DNA of 64,000 nucleotides from the human T2T-CHM13v2.0 reference genome, Homo sapiens (GCF_009914755.1 NC_060932.1); one strand, 5' to 3'. Shown: positions 16,249-29,141, counted from the first letter of the stretch. The notes: generated from the sequence alone by a model not told the origin. Numbers and translations: made by a program.

Positions 16249-17255
16249 CTTTGTGGCTTTATCTACTTTTGGTCTTTCATGATGGTGACGTACAGAAGGG
16301 TGTTTGGTGTGGATGTCCTTTCTGTTTGTTAGCTTTCCTTCTAACAGAGAGGACCCTCAGCTGCCGGTCTGTTGGAGTTTGCTAGAGGTCCACTCCAGAC
16401 CATTTGTCTGGGTATCAGCAGCGGTGGCTGCAGAACAGCGGTGGCTGTAGAACAGCGGATCTTGGTGAACCGCAAATGCTGCTGCCTGATCGTTCCTCTG
16501 GAAGTTTTGTCTCAGAGGAGTACTCGGCCGTGTGAGGTGTCATTCTGCCCCTACTTGGGGGTGCCTCCCAGTTAGGCTGCTCGGGGGTCAAGGACCCACT
16601 TGAGGAGGCAGTCTGCCCATTCTCAGATCTCCAGCTGTGTGCTGGGAGAACCACTACTCTCTTCAAAGCTGTCAGACAGGGACATTTAAGTCTGCAGAGG
16701 TTACTACTGTCTTTTTGTTTGTCTGTGCCCTGCCCCCAGAAGTGGAGCCTACAGAGGCAGGCAGGCCTCCTCAGCTGTGGTGGGCTCCACCCACTTCAAG
16801 CTTCCCGGTTGCTTTGTTTGCCTAATCAAGCCTGGGCAATGGCAGGCGCCCCTCCCCCAGCCTCGCTGCCACCTTGCAGTTTGATCTCAGACTGCTGTGC
16901 TAGCAATCAGGGAGACTCTGTGGGCGCAGGACCCTCTGAGCCAGGTGCGGGATATAATCTCCTAGTGCGCCGTTTTTTAAGCCTGTTGGAAAAGCACAGT
17001 ATTAGGGTGGGAGTGACCCGATTTTCCAGGTGCCGTCTGTCACCCCTTTCTTTGACTAGGAAGGGAACTCCCTCACCCCTTGCACCTCCCGAGTGAGGCA
17101 ATGCCTCGCCCTGCTTAGGCTCACGCACGGTGCGCTGCACGCACTGTCCTGCACCCACTGTCTGGCACTCCCTAGGGAGATGAACCTGGTACCTCAGATG
17201 GAAATGCAGAAATCACCCGTCTTCTGCGTCGCTCATGCTGGCAGCTGTAGATCGG
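16249..17255 (-). promoter_or_regulatory. L1 5'UTR internal sense promoter and antisense promoter
   Basis: CpG-richer L1PA 5'UTR upstream of the ORF1 ATG; retains the segment deleted in L1PA2/L1HS (16377-16520). Confidence 0.8.
16839..17096 (+). CDS. L1 antisense ORF0-like reading frame (85 aa), open
   Basis: MAGAPPPASLPPCSLISDCCASNQGDSVGAGPSEPGAGYNLLVRRFLS... matches primate L1 ORF0; GCAATGG Kozak context; internal donors CAG|GTGCGG (16945) and CAG|GTGCCG (17030). Expression unknown. Confidence 0.6.
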   Translation: MAGAPPPASLPPCSLISDCCASNQGDSVGAGPSEPGAGYNLLVRRFLSLLEKHSIRVGVTRFSRCRLSPLSLTRKGTPSPLAPPE

Positions 17256-17309
17256 CAAACTCCGTCTTTTCTATCTGCTTTCAAAGCTCTCCAAAAATAT
17301 TCTCACCCT

Positions 17310-17614
17310 GGCCAGATGCAGTGGCTCATGACTGCTATCCCAGGACTTTGGTAGGCAAAGGCAGGAGGATAGCTTGAGCCCAGGAGTTTAAGACCAGCCT
17401 GGGCAATACAGCAGAATCCCATCTCTACAAAGATAAAAATATTAGCTGATTGTAGTGGTGCACACCTGTAGTGTCAGCTATTTGGGAGGCTGAGGTGGGA
17501 AGATCGTTCGAGCCCAGGAGGTTAAGCCTGCAGGGAGCCACAGTTGTACCACTGCTCTCCAGCCTGGGTGACAAAGTGAGACCTTGTCTCTAAAAACCAC
17601 AACAACAACAAAAA
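17310..17614 (+). mobile_element. AluJ (Jo-like)
   Basis: GGAGGATAGCTTGAGCCCAGGAGTT J-type diagnostics; (CAA)n tail. Confidence 0.92.
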
Positions 17615-17824
17615 TCTACCTTCACCCCCCACATCCAGCGCCCAACTATGTTTGAATGCTCCTTAAATCTTTATGGTTAATCTAATGCTGCTTCTCTATC
17701 TGCCATTCTCTGCTTATACTTCAAAAGTAAAATAATGAAGCTTCTTTCTGACTCAACCCATTTTTCTATCAGACTTTGTATCTCCCTCTTCTCAATGTCT
17801 GCTAACGTGTCTGGCAGTATAACA

Positions 17825-18010
17825 GGCATTTTACATAAGCAATGTTATTTCTTCTGTACAACAACCCTATGGTGGTTTTTTAAAGCAGCAAACAGTACAT
17901 GAAATGTTAAGGGTCTTACCCAAGTTCTTACTGATAGCAATTGACAAATTTTAGAAATTGAGCGAGTGTCTGTAAGATTCTGAATTCAAGTCATTGCACT
18001 ATGGTGTTTT
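17825..18010 (-). mobile_element. MIR
   Basis: ACAACAACCCTATG...GTTAAGGGTCTTACCCAAG reverse MIR core. Confidence 0.5.
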
Positions 18011-18089
18011 GGTACTTTTAAAAAGTCTCCAAAGAAAATTACTTTATTTTTCCTTTATATTATAATAATATGTGGTCCCTTTTCAGCCC

Positions 18090-18200
18090 AGTTACTGTAA
18101 ACTCCTGAGACCTGAGACATTGCCATATTCATTTCTATACCCCATAGAGCTTTGTACAGCCCTGGGCATATAGTGAATGGTTAATATTTGTTCAATTGAA
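18090..18200 (+). mobile_element. L2 3' end
   Basis: ACTGTAAACTCCTGAG...GGCATATAGTGAATGGTTAATATTTGTTCAATTGAA. Confidence 0.6.
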
Positions 18201-19804
18201 ATTATCTAAAGCATGTTCCAACTTCTAGTTCCTAAAAAGCCTGAGATTTTACAGACAGGAGGTTAATGATCCTTGTTTTGTTTCTGTTTGGACGAGAAAA
18301 AGTTACCATGCCGTTGAGCTGGTGAAGGCTGTCCCAGAGGGTAGGGCCAACCTTAGTATAGTACTGAACTCCAGTGCTGCTCCACTTCTTATGACAGCTG
18401 TTGGCATCTTTTTGCATCTACTGTTGACAGTTATCATAAATAATCTGAATCTTCATCTAGTTCAGTGTCTAATTCATATCTTGCTAATGGCAACAAATAA
18501 ATGACCTGTGCAGGAATCTGGCATAACCCTTCAGCTGGTATGCCTAGATCTGGTTGGCTTTGCTGCGAACATGTGCTTTGTTGCTGAGAACAATTTGGGA
18601 GTGTTAGGGACACTAGGCAAGGCTTGAATCATCAGCTGTACAAAAGACAGTGAAATTCAAAGCCCAAACACAGATAACGTTTCCTCAGATGTTCCATCAT
18701 TTCAAGGTAAGCTGGAGCTGAAGAATTTTGAAATATGATGTCAGACACAAGCAAAAGGAAGAGGACTATGTGTACAGAGACTGAAAACTTGCATTCTATT
18801 ATAAAATTATTTAACTAGTTAATTAACTCAAGGCTAAGCAATTCTGGGCAGGGTCTTCCTCCTCTGTTTCCCTAAATGTCAAGGAGGGAAAAAAAAATTG
18901 AATCTGTTGCTCTGTTTCTGCAAGTGTCGAAATGAAATATTAAATCTCCTGCTTCTAGGCTCTCTCTAGCTCTTATAGTTTGTTACTCCCATCTCTGACC
19001 AGATCATATCAAATATTTCTAAATAATGAGATAGACAGCGTGACCAAGGAGCAAAGCCCCTTTGAAGGTTTCCTACACCCATTTATTCCCTGTTAAATGT
19101 TATGTTCAAACAATATTTAGCTGTATAACATAAAATGCTTTCATTTCTGCCCCTAAAGTTGGGCAAATTTGACTGTCTCTGCTTATGCTGGGGATGAATG
19201 GCCGAGAAGTGTCTCCACAGTGTCAGTGTGGCCTCTTCAGGAAAGGGGTAGGTCCTTTCCATCACAGAGGAAGAGGTATTCTCTAACTGTTTTCCACAGG
19301 ACAGAGATTAAGATGTTGGTTACATCCTCCCATAGCCTCCCCAGAGATGAATCCCCTCAGATTCTGCCTAAGCAAAATCTGCTACAGGAATACTATTAAA
19401 CCTCAAACAAAGACAAATATATTCAATAAGTGAACTCTCAGAATCCATAAAATAGACAAAGTCCAAGCATAGAGACATGTTACAAGAAGGTGGTGCAGTG
19501 AACTTTAGGATTTTTTGAGTAAGGACAATGGATTACATATTAAGTTTTCTATTCCTCAAAAAAGAAAATAATCAGTACTGGTGCTAGGTAAATTTCACGC
19601 CCACCAGGAGATTTTTTTTAAGGATCCCCACAATATATTCTAGAATCTTATTAGTAAAAGAAACTACAATAAATATACACATATGAGGTTGTATTAATTA
19701 AAAATGTATTCTGTTTATTGCATTTACAGAAAGATAATTAGCAGCTGTACGCCTAAAAAAAAAATGGAGCATAAGCATAAGTGGTCACCATATCATCCTT
19801 TTCT

Positions 19805-20108
19805 TTTTTTTTTTTTTCTTTTTTTGAGATGGAGTCTCACTCTTGTTGCCCAGGCTGGAGTGCAATGGCACGATCTTGGCTCAACGCAACCTCTGCCTCT
19901 GAGGCCTCAAGCGATTCTCCTGCCTCAGCCTCCTGAGTAGCTGGGATTACATGCATGCACCACCTTGCCACGCTAATTTTGTTTTTTTAGTAGAGACAGG
20001 GTTTCTCCATGTTGGTCAGGCTGGTCTTGAACTCCCAACCTCAGGTTATCCGCCTGCCTCAGCCTCCCAGAGCTCTGGGATTACAGGTGTGAGCCACTGC
20101 GCCTGGCC
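19805..20108 (-). mobile_element. AluSp
   Basis: CTCTTGTTGCCCAGG, GTTTCTCCATGTTGGTCAGG; TSD CAT(A/G)TCATCCTTTTCT at 19789-19804 and 20109-20124. Confidence 0.95.
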
Positions 20109-21699
20109 CATGTCATCCTTTTCTACAAGTACTTGGAAAGTGACTTTCCACTCAAACAGAGGATTTAAGACTGACCACTTCCTTCCAGTCTGAGTAAGAA
20201 CCCAGTGCTTATAGATGGATTACAGTTACAGAGAAAATTATCTACCATTTATCTCTAAGGAGAAAAAACATGAAATGCTTCTCAAACAGTGCATTTTTGC
20301 ATTTTGAAACTTCGGTGCTGCAATTCCTTGGCTCAAAGTATTTTAGTGAGAAGAATGTTGTTTCTGGTTTGGAAGCATCACCTATTGAACAGTATCAGAA
20401 GGATAAAAAACTGGCTTTGTTGTAACTGGTTGTTCTATAGCAGCAGGCGTCAGGTTCAATTAATAGAGACCTAGCTTGAGAGCACGGGCACAATCTATAT
20501 CATTATAATCTACCTGAAGCCTAAAGAAAACAGTGTCTAACTATTTCTAGAGGAGAAGGCTTTTCTTCGCTGACTTACCCTATAACATCCTGCAACATAT
20601 TGAGTGGAGCTTATTAAGTACACTGCAAATACCTCATCTGCAAGCCATCTGCTTTTCAAGTCCAAATGCACTGTTCATAAGAAAACAGTGCCAAGTAGCT
20701 TTCTAACTTTTACTTCTAGGTTTCCCAAGAGCTATCCAAAACTATGACTTTTCCTCTACCTGCTAACTCTTGTATCTAAATTGTTTTTAGAGACTTCTTA
20801 TGAGGAATTTTAAAACATGCTTTAGTTTTTACATCAGAAACACTCCAGAAGTTTCCCACCTCCTCCTTCCATCTCCTTAATAGGCATTAGGTTTCAAATG
20901 GATTAAACGTGGAGGTTTGATTTAATCAAATTGTTTCCTCTTGGTGTTTGGAAAATAACCAAGCAGTTTCAATGGTGAATCAATGCAATACCACCTTAGA
21001 GCCACTTACAAAATCAAAACATATTTGTGCATCTGAATTCTTCACTGGCAGAGAACAGCTTGTACCCTCTCTATCGATTAGGTCCCTGTTACTATTGATT
21101 AAAACAAAAAACCACAGAGAATCACAACTTTCAGAAGGTTAGGGAGAATGGTATGCTTGACTCAGCATTCTAAATCAGATCAAACAAAGTATCCGACCTA
21201 CTGAGGAGATGCAGAATTTGGACTAGTCGCTGATGTCAAATTCAGTTTAGAGACCATTTTGTCAGAGTTCCCTATGAGCCAAACTTAATAGCAAATAGAA
21301 AAACAAATTCACCCACAATATGCTTCTGGAGGACAATGAATCCAGCAGCAATGGGGTTGTGCTGGCTGCACTTTAATGCTGTTAGCTGCTTCATGGTCAA
21401 ATTGAATACTAGTGGGACGAACTGCTGACACACAACATATGCCCCAGAAGCTGACTGCTGGAATGAAAGGAGCTCTAGCTAGACCACTAGGAAAATCAGG
21501 AAACAAGTGACAGCTCAAGTTGAAACAAAGTTTCATGTGGTCAGACCACCTGTGGGACAAGCCGATGTATTTATTATTGTCCAGAGAATCGCTGGATTTT
21601 ACAGCTGCCAAGAGCTTCAGCAATCACGACCTACTTCTCAACATTTTTTACTGTTTTCTTTTCCTACATTTGTCCATTAAAATATGTCCTTTGCTAGTT

Positions 21700-22330
21700 T
21701 CTGTCCTGGGTTCTTAATTCATAAGCACTCTTCCTTGGTAACTTTAGCACTCTTACATGGATGACTCTCAAATGTTTATATCCAGCCCTGACCTTGCTCC
21801 TGAGCCTGCAATCTCAAACATTAAACAGCCTTCTCGATATCTGCTTAGTGATGCCTCAGTAGCACATTTAATTCAATGGGGTGAATGAAAACCAGCTCAC
21901 TCTCTTGCCAAGTAAGCCCTTGCTTTACTCTCTCATTACATGAGTTAGTAACAGCCCCATGCTGCAGCCTCCTGGCTCAACCATCACAGTGTCCAGCCAT
22001 CTGTCTCTCTTGCTCATGCTGCCTCTGCAATACTGCCCCAAGGTCCCCTCCTGGCCATGTCCTCACGATGCCCCGGTGGAGGCCTCAGACCCTCACCTGG
22101 GTCACTGCCATAATCACGCTCTGACATCTTCTACTACCCAGCCCTCTGCACCCTCTGGACAGTTATTTTTCTAGAACACAGCTCAGTTCTGATTGTGTCA
22201 CTTCTCTGGCTGCAAAACTCAATGTTTCCTCCTTGCTTCGTAGATTCAAATCCAGATTTCTCAAAATGACAATTACCGGTGCCCATCATCTGACCTCAGT
22301 CTCCTTTCTTGCCTTATATCCCACTCCATC
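21700..22330 (+). mobile_element. L2 fragment
   Basis: GATGACTCTCAAATGTTTATATCCAGCCCTGACCTTGCTCCTGAGC...CTCGATATCTGCTT is classic L2 sequence. Confidence 0.75.
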
Positions 22331-22748
22331 CCTGACATCCCCAGTTTCTCTCCTCCCCTTGGGCCTTACATGGGGCTTCTTAGAGAGGCCAAAATACAGG
22401 AATCTGGACCAACAATGCACGGGAAAGACAAGACAAATCCATTCTAAATATACAAATAAATTTTCCATCATTAACACAAAAATAATTGAAAAAAATTAAA
22501 ATTTAACCAAGATTACATTTTCATTTATCAAATTGGCAAAAATCCAAAAATATGGTAACATGCTCTGTTAGCGAAGCTGTAAGGAAAGAGGTATCCTCAA
22601 GCACTGCTGGTGGCAGCATACATCGGTAAATTTTTCGAAGGCAATTTCGACACGTCTGTCAACATTTTAAGTGCACTTGCATATGGTGATTGCTTGGGAA
22701 GAATGGCCACAGTACTTCAGCCTTTCCTGCCCTCATCCCTCTGTGAGG

Positions 22749-23131
22749 TGCATTAGTCCATTTTCTCACTGCTATAAAGAACTACCCCAGACTGGGTAAT
22801 TTATTAAAAAAAGAGGTTTAACTGACTCACAGTTCCACATGGCTGGAGAGGCCTCAGGAAAGTCACAATCACAGTGAAAGGTGATGGGGAAGCAAGGCAC
22901 GTCTTACACGGTGGCAGGGGAGGGAGAAAGAGGGAGGAGAGAGAGAGCGAGGGGGGAAACTGCCACACACTTTTAAACCATCAGATCTCGTGAAAACTCA
23001 CCAACTATCACTATCATGGGAGGGGAATGTCCCCCATGATCCAATTACCCCCCACCAGGTCCTTCCTTCAACACTTGGGGATTTCAATTCAAAATGAGAT
23101 TTGGGTGGGGACACAGAGCCAAACCATATCA
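22749..23131 (-). mobile_element. THE1D/MSTA-type MaLR solo LTR
   Basis: TGCATTAGTCCATTTTCTCACTGCTATAAAGAACTACC...GAGATTTGGGTGGGGACACAGAGCCAAACCATATCA. Confidence 0.9.
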
Positions 23132-23134
23132 TAA

Positions 23135-23753
23135 TGAAACACTGTCATTCATCTGAGGTAATATCTGAGGTTCATTGCCTCATGCCAAGGATATAAAGGA
23201 TGTGGACACACAAGGAGTGAGGTTAAGTAGAGGTTTAATAGACGAAAGAAAGAGAAAAGCTCTCTCTCCTGCAGAAAGAGAGGGGCTCCAAGTGGGTCTT
23301 CTGGTCCATGGTGAAGTGCAGGAGTTTTTATAGATGAGCTTGAGGAGGCAGTGTCTGATTTACGTAGGACACAAGAGATTGGTTGGGCCAGGTGTGCCAT
23401 TTGCATAGCATGTAAAGAAACTTGTGGCCGCACCCTAATCTTTTATTATGCAGATGGGTTCTCTACTGCCATGTTGCCCACTCTTTCACTGTTCTCATGG
23501 TGACAAAGAAAAGAGAAGATGGAGCCTCCATGTTGAACATACCTGGCTTCCAGGTAACCCGTGGCACAGATGTCAGCATTCACACGTTCAAGTTTCCAGC
23601 TTGCTTATCTATGTTTGCAACCCAATTTTTCAGGCTGCTTTTTGTTAGAAAAGAAATGATTTGGGGGCTGCCTTTTGTTAAATGGGAAATTCTGCCAAGG
23701 ACTCTCTTACCCTCACTATCTGCCTAAATAATTTCCTTTTAGCTCTTATATCA
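23135..23753 (-). mobile_element. LTR9-like ERV1 solo LTR
   Basis: Reverse of TGATATAAGAGCTAAAAGGAAATTATTTAGGCAGATAGTGAGGGTAAGAGAGTCC; TG...CA ends; 4-bp TSD ATAA at 23131-23134 and 23754-23757. Confidence 0.85.
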
Positions 23754-25609
23754 ATAAGTGGACACTGCATGAATACAGTGTGAGTCCTATTGTGTGACTG
23801 CCTTTAAGATGGAATCTATTTCCCCTCCTCTTGAATCTGGGCTGGTCTTGTGATTATCTCTGGCTAGTGGAAGGCAGTGGTGTTCCAGTTTTGCGGCTGG
23901 ATCTCAAGATGTCCTGGGTGCTTCTGCTCTCTCTGGACCCTGCCTTCTCCGTATGAACAAGCCCCAACTAGCCTGCTAGAGGATGATCAGTACATAGTCC
24001 AGTTATCTCTGTCTTTCCAGCCAACAGACACCCAACCAACCAACCACCAGATGTATGGGAGAGAACATCTTAGACTTGCCAATCCCAAGCCAATTTATCA
24101 GTTGCCTGTAGGGACCGACCAAGCCCAGCCAATCTCAATGAAGCTTTGCCCATATCTGCAGAACCACCCTGTAAATAAATCTACAGACCTATAGATTTAT
24201 TAATAATAAACACTAAGTCCTTATTGTTTTAAGTCGTCAAGTTTTGAGGTAGCTGTTTATGCATAAATAGCAAACTGATATACCCATTGAGGGAGAAATT
24301 CTGCTTCTAGAAATTTGTTGTACAGAAAAACTTGCACAACTACAAAATTACCATAGCTAAGGTTATTCACTGAAGCTTGTTTGTAACTTCAAAACAAAAG
24401 TAGTTTGGAAGCATCAATAGAGATCCGTTCATTAAATTATGGTATACCCATACAACGGACTGCAATAAAACTGTGGAATCAGTTTCCACAAGGAAGGCTC
24501 TGGGTGAACTCACATAGAATATCTTCCAAGATTTACTAGCATTTGCAAGCTAGTTTACTTGGCAAAGTTTATGACAAGCTACCATCTATATGAAAAATAA
24601 TAAAGCAATAAATGTGTGTTTCATTGTACATACAAATAAATTATTTGAAAAGATACCCAAGAAACTGAAATTTTTACTTGCCTCTTGGAAAATAAATGGA
24701 GTGACTAGAAACAAGAGTAATAAAGATAATTTTTACTATATTTTTTCTATCTTTTGAACACTAACCCAGGTTAACATATTACCTGTTTAAAAAATAAATA
24801 TTTATTTTAAGTAGGACAAAACACTTTGTACTTGGCTATATCTGGTCACTTAACAACATAGTTATCTCTGCCTGGATAGGACTTACGATTTTGTTAAGAA
24901 ATTGTTTAATTAATAATAATTTAAAAATGTGGCCCCTACTAAAACCACAGAAATTGGCAGGAACTTTTAACATCCTCTGGTGCCACGCTTGTCTCAATGC
25001 ACATCCAAGCTATCTGGTCACAGGGCCTCTGCTGGACCCTCCACTGTAAGAGGGAGCTCTTTATAACACCCTGGTAAAAGAACTGAAAGAGAAATGCATG
25101 TTTGTAAAAAACAAGTAATTTTATTAAAGTTATTTCCTTACAGAAAGAGCATTGTGGATGAAGACAATGTCACTGCACTACTTTTTAATTGTGAAGAAAT
25201 CACCACTGATCAGAGGAGAGTTAAATAAATATTGTTACATCTAAAGAATGAAACAGTGTGTAATTTTTAACACCATGGAAAACAGTATACCATTATATAA
25301 AATACAAAAGATAAAGGTACAAAATTGTCTATCCAGTAAGCTATCAACTACATGAAAAGAAAAAAATCCTTGAAGAAAGAAAAAAGGAAGACCTAAAAAG
25401 AAATATAGCAATATAGTGGCAGGAATTGTTCATATTGTTTCTTCTCTTCCTACTTTGTATTAATTCCTAAATTTTCTATAACATTTATACAATATTTTTA
25501 AATTAATATATAGTAAAAATGATAAACATAAAGTAAGTTTGCCAACAATCTATTATGTCTGATTACAGGATATAAAGAAGTAAATAAGAAATAACATTAA
25601 TCATAATAA

Positions 25610-26010
25610 TCAAGTATGCTAAATCCTTTAACAAACAAGCTCAACACCTAAAAAAGATTTTTTTGTGCCCACTTACAGTTCAGCACAGGTAGCGAGGAGG
25701 CTCTCTGCTCCATGAAGTGACTGAGGAACCAGGCTCCTTGCAGCTCCCAGCTCTACCTTACTCTTAGAGTAAGGTCCTGAGAGTGTTCTTCATCCCCCTC
25801 CTGGAATAGGAAACAGCAGGAGGAGTACATTTGGAAGTGTGTTACAGCTCAGGCCTGGATGCAGCCTGAATCACCCGGGCCACACTCCATGGCTAGAGTT
25901 CAGCACGTGGTCTCATCTAACTGTAAGGGACACTGACCAAGTCCTGTAGCTGTGTGCCTACAGAAAGAAACAGCAGCCATGGCAGACTTTGAGCCAGTCT
26001 CTGACATGAT
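25610..26010 (-). mobile_element. MLT1J/K-like LTR
   Basis: CTCTGCTCCATGAAGTGACTGAGGAACCAGGCTCC...CCATGGCTAGAGTTCAGCACGTGG...CTAACTGTAAGGGA. Confidence 0.6.
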
Positions 26011-26249
26011 CATTGAAAGGTTCATAGAAAAAGAGAACTTTAAGCTATTTCTTAAAACTTGGGAAAGACATAAATTGGGGAAAAATAGGAAAGAAGATTG
26101 GCTGGATAGCTTGGCATGAGAAGGGCAGAGAAAGATAATTAGGTAAATCACTTTCAAGAGAACAAAGAAAAGAAAAAAGAGCCATTAGAAGACCAACCTT
26201 GATATTTCGTACTTTTCATCAAAGTTAGAAAAATTTGCTTTAGCATCTA

Positions 26250-26440
26250 GCAGGACTGTGTTCCACTTTTAACTCTACCTCTCTGTCTCTGCATGGTCTT
26301 GGACAAATTATGTATCAAAACCTAGAATTCTTGAGTGTAAAATGAAGGTAATAATGCCCAGCTTACAATATTATGGTAGAATGTTAATAAAATACATAGG
26401 AATAATTCAACAAATGAGAGACCTTGCCATTAGGCATTTT
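26250..26440 (+). mobile_element. MIR
   Basis: TCTTGGACAAATTA...TGTAAAATGAAGGTAATAATG. Confidence 0.55.
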
Positions 26441-27069
26441 CATAGTGCAGAGTCAATTCTGATTCACAATTTTTCTAAATGTTTAGGACATATTCCTCAT
26501 TCATCACTCTCTACTTTAAACAATAAAGAAACCAGGACAAAAAATAATAATTACTTTTACACTTCATAAACTAAAAGGTGAATTACTAAGCACATAAAAT
26601 GAACATGCTTGACTTACTAATTTAAATAATGGCTGAATCAGATAATAATTACGAATGTATTTATTCTACTTACATTACATGGTTTCATGCAATTGAATTA
26701 CCACTTCTTTAATTAAGGGATTTCAGTATTTCTTAGTTTTGATCATTTATTAGCACAACATAAGACTAACGGGACAACAAAAGAAATTCTCACCGGCTCT
26801 TAGGAGCTTTCACAATGTCAAACAACACGGGAAACATCAGAAAAAAAGAGGGAAATCATTCTAAAATATTTGCTTACTATAACTTTTGCCATTTAAACTC
26901 ACATCATCAGTTCTATTTCATGACTTCTTGTCATCAAATGTTTTTTACTTTTTCTGATGCTTCATTTTGACCATTCTCAGAGACTCTGGGAATCAAAACT
27001 TTCTGGGCCCCAGTCAGATGGTAATAAATACTTCTGCCTTTTCCCTGACTGATGCCTTCTGCTAGGGAC

Positions 27070-27425
27070 TGTATTAGTCTGTTTTGATGCTGCTGATAAA
27101 GACACACCCCAAACTGGGTAATTTATAAAGAAAAAGAGCTTTAATGGATTCTCAGTTCCAAGTAGCTGGGGAGGCCTTATCATCCTGGCAGAAAGTAAAG
27201 GTACATCTTTCTTGTTTGCAGGCAAGAGAGAACTTGTGCAGGGAAACTCCCCTTTATAAAACCATCAGATCTCAGGAGACTTACTCACTATCACAAGAAC
27301 ACCATGGGGAAGACCTGCCCCCATGATTCAATTACCTCCCACCTGGTCCCTCCCACAACACGTGGGAATTGTGGGAGCTACAGTTCAAGACGAGATTTGG
27401 GTGGGGACACAGTCAAACCATATCA
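27070..27425 (-). mobile_element. THE1B solo LTR
   Basis: TGTATTAGTCTGTTTTGATGCTGCTGATAAAGAC...AAACCATATCA; perfect 5-bp TSD GGGAC at 27065-27069 and 27426-27430. Confidence 0.95.
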
Positions 27426-27619
27426 GGGACTTCACCACCTGCTCCATGCCTAGTGCTGTGGTGGACCCTGGGGAGCAAAGATGAAAACCCTGATTCTCTG
27501 CCTCCGTGATCGCACCCAGGGAAGGGGACTCAGGCGGCTATAAATCAATGTTGGTGATACCTTGTATGCAATCAAGGGTCTGACCCAACCTCAGGTAATT
27601 AGGGAACTTTTCTCTTTGA

Positions 27620-28340
<721 letters not shown>

Positions 28341-29141
28341 ATTTATAAACATAAACTACCTCTTGTTTATGCCATAGAAGATAGAGGAATGTAAAATAAG
28401 GGGAAACACAAGCAAAGCAGAACTGCTCTGTGCATTGCCTTGTTAGAGAGCTCTGTTTGCTGGAAAGGCCCTTGGAACTGCCAGTGTTAGTAGCCCAAAG
28501 AGGCTACTTGAAGGGGCTGGAAAGGGTTCCAGCCCCCAGGGTATAAGTTAATATATAGCCACATTGCTCTCTAGGCACAAGAAAACAATCATGGTATCAG
28601 AGTTGTACATAAAAACAATCCTTCCCTTACAGAATTCTGTTGAGTGCATGCCTCCTAAGGATGGAAGCCTTTCCGCTATGACAGCCACGCGAGGCACGGC
28701 CCCCAGCAGCCATGCGCAAGCTTGCCTATGGGAAAATCAAATGAAATGGAACCTGTGGCTGAGGCTTTCTTGGAAACGAGATGGGTGTCTGGGAACAAGA
28801 AGCTTTAGATTTACAGTGATCTTTTTTTTTTAATGTTTTTCATTGTGATGTTCAAACTTTTGCACCTGTGGTGATGTGAAAAAACCATGTTAAGCCTTCA
28901 CTACATGCCAAGACTTGAACATTGATTTTTAAGACTGAGCAAGTGAAATCAGGTTCTTAAATGTCTCAATTCTATTTCCACAGCTAGAAACACCCAGAAA
29001 ACAGGAGGCCATTTTGCAAATAACTCAGAAAGGTGTTTGAAATTGAGGTGATAGAGACCACCAGGAAGAAAGGGGAAAGAGGGTTTACCTGGAAGGAAAG
29101 ACTTAAGGAAGATGTGGAAATTATACTCTGAGATAAGGGCA

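Larger units (their letters stand above)
22682..24282 (+). mobile_element. MLT1G/H-like MaLR LTR, interrupted by THE1/MST and LTR9
   Basis: Start TGGTGATTG...AATGGCCACA; resumes with GGAATCTATTTCCCCTCCTCTTGAATCTGGGCTGG; ends TTGTTTTAAGTC...AATAGCAAACTGATA. Confidence 0.7.
22440..24800 (+). mobile_element. Old L1M (L1ME-like) 3' region split by nested LTRs (L1 parts ~22440-22681 and ~24283-24800)
   Basis: AAATTGGCAAAAATCCAAAAA...CACTGCTGGTGG continues after the LTR block as GAAATTCTGCTTCTAGAAATTTG...TAAATTATGGTATACCCATAC. Confidence 0.6.

Noticed and set aside
26900-26985. Possible C/D-box snoRNA (TGATGA ... CTGA on the minus strand)
   Set aside because: The boxes are only ~20 nt apart with no terminal stem; too short for a C/D snoRNA.
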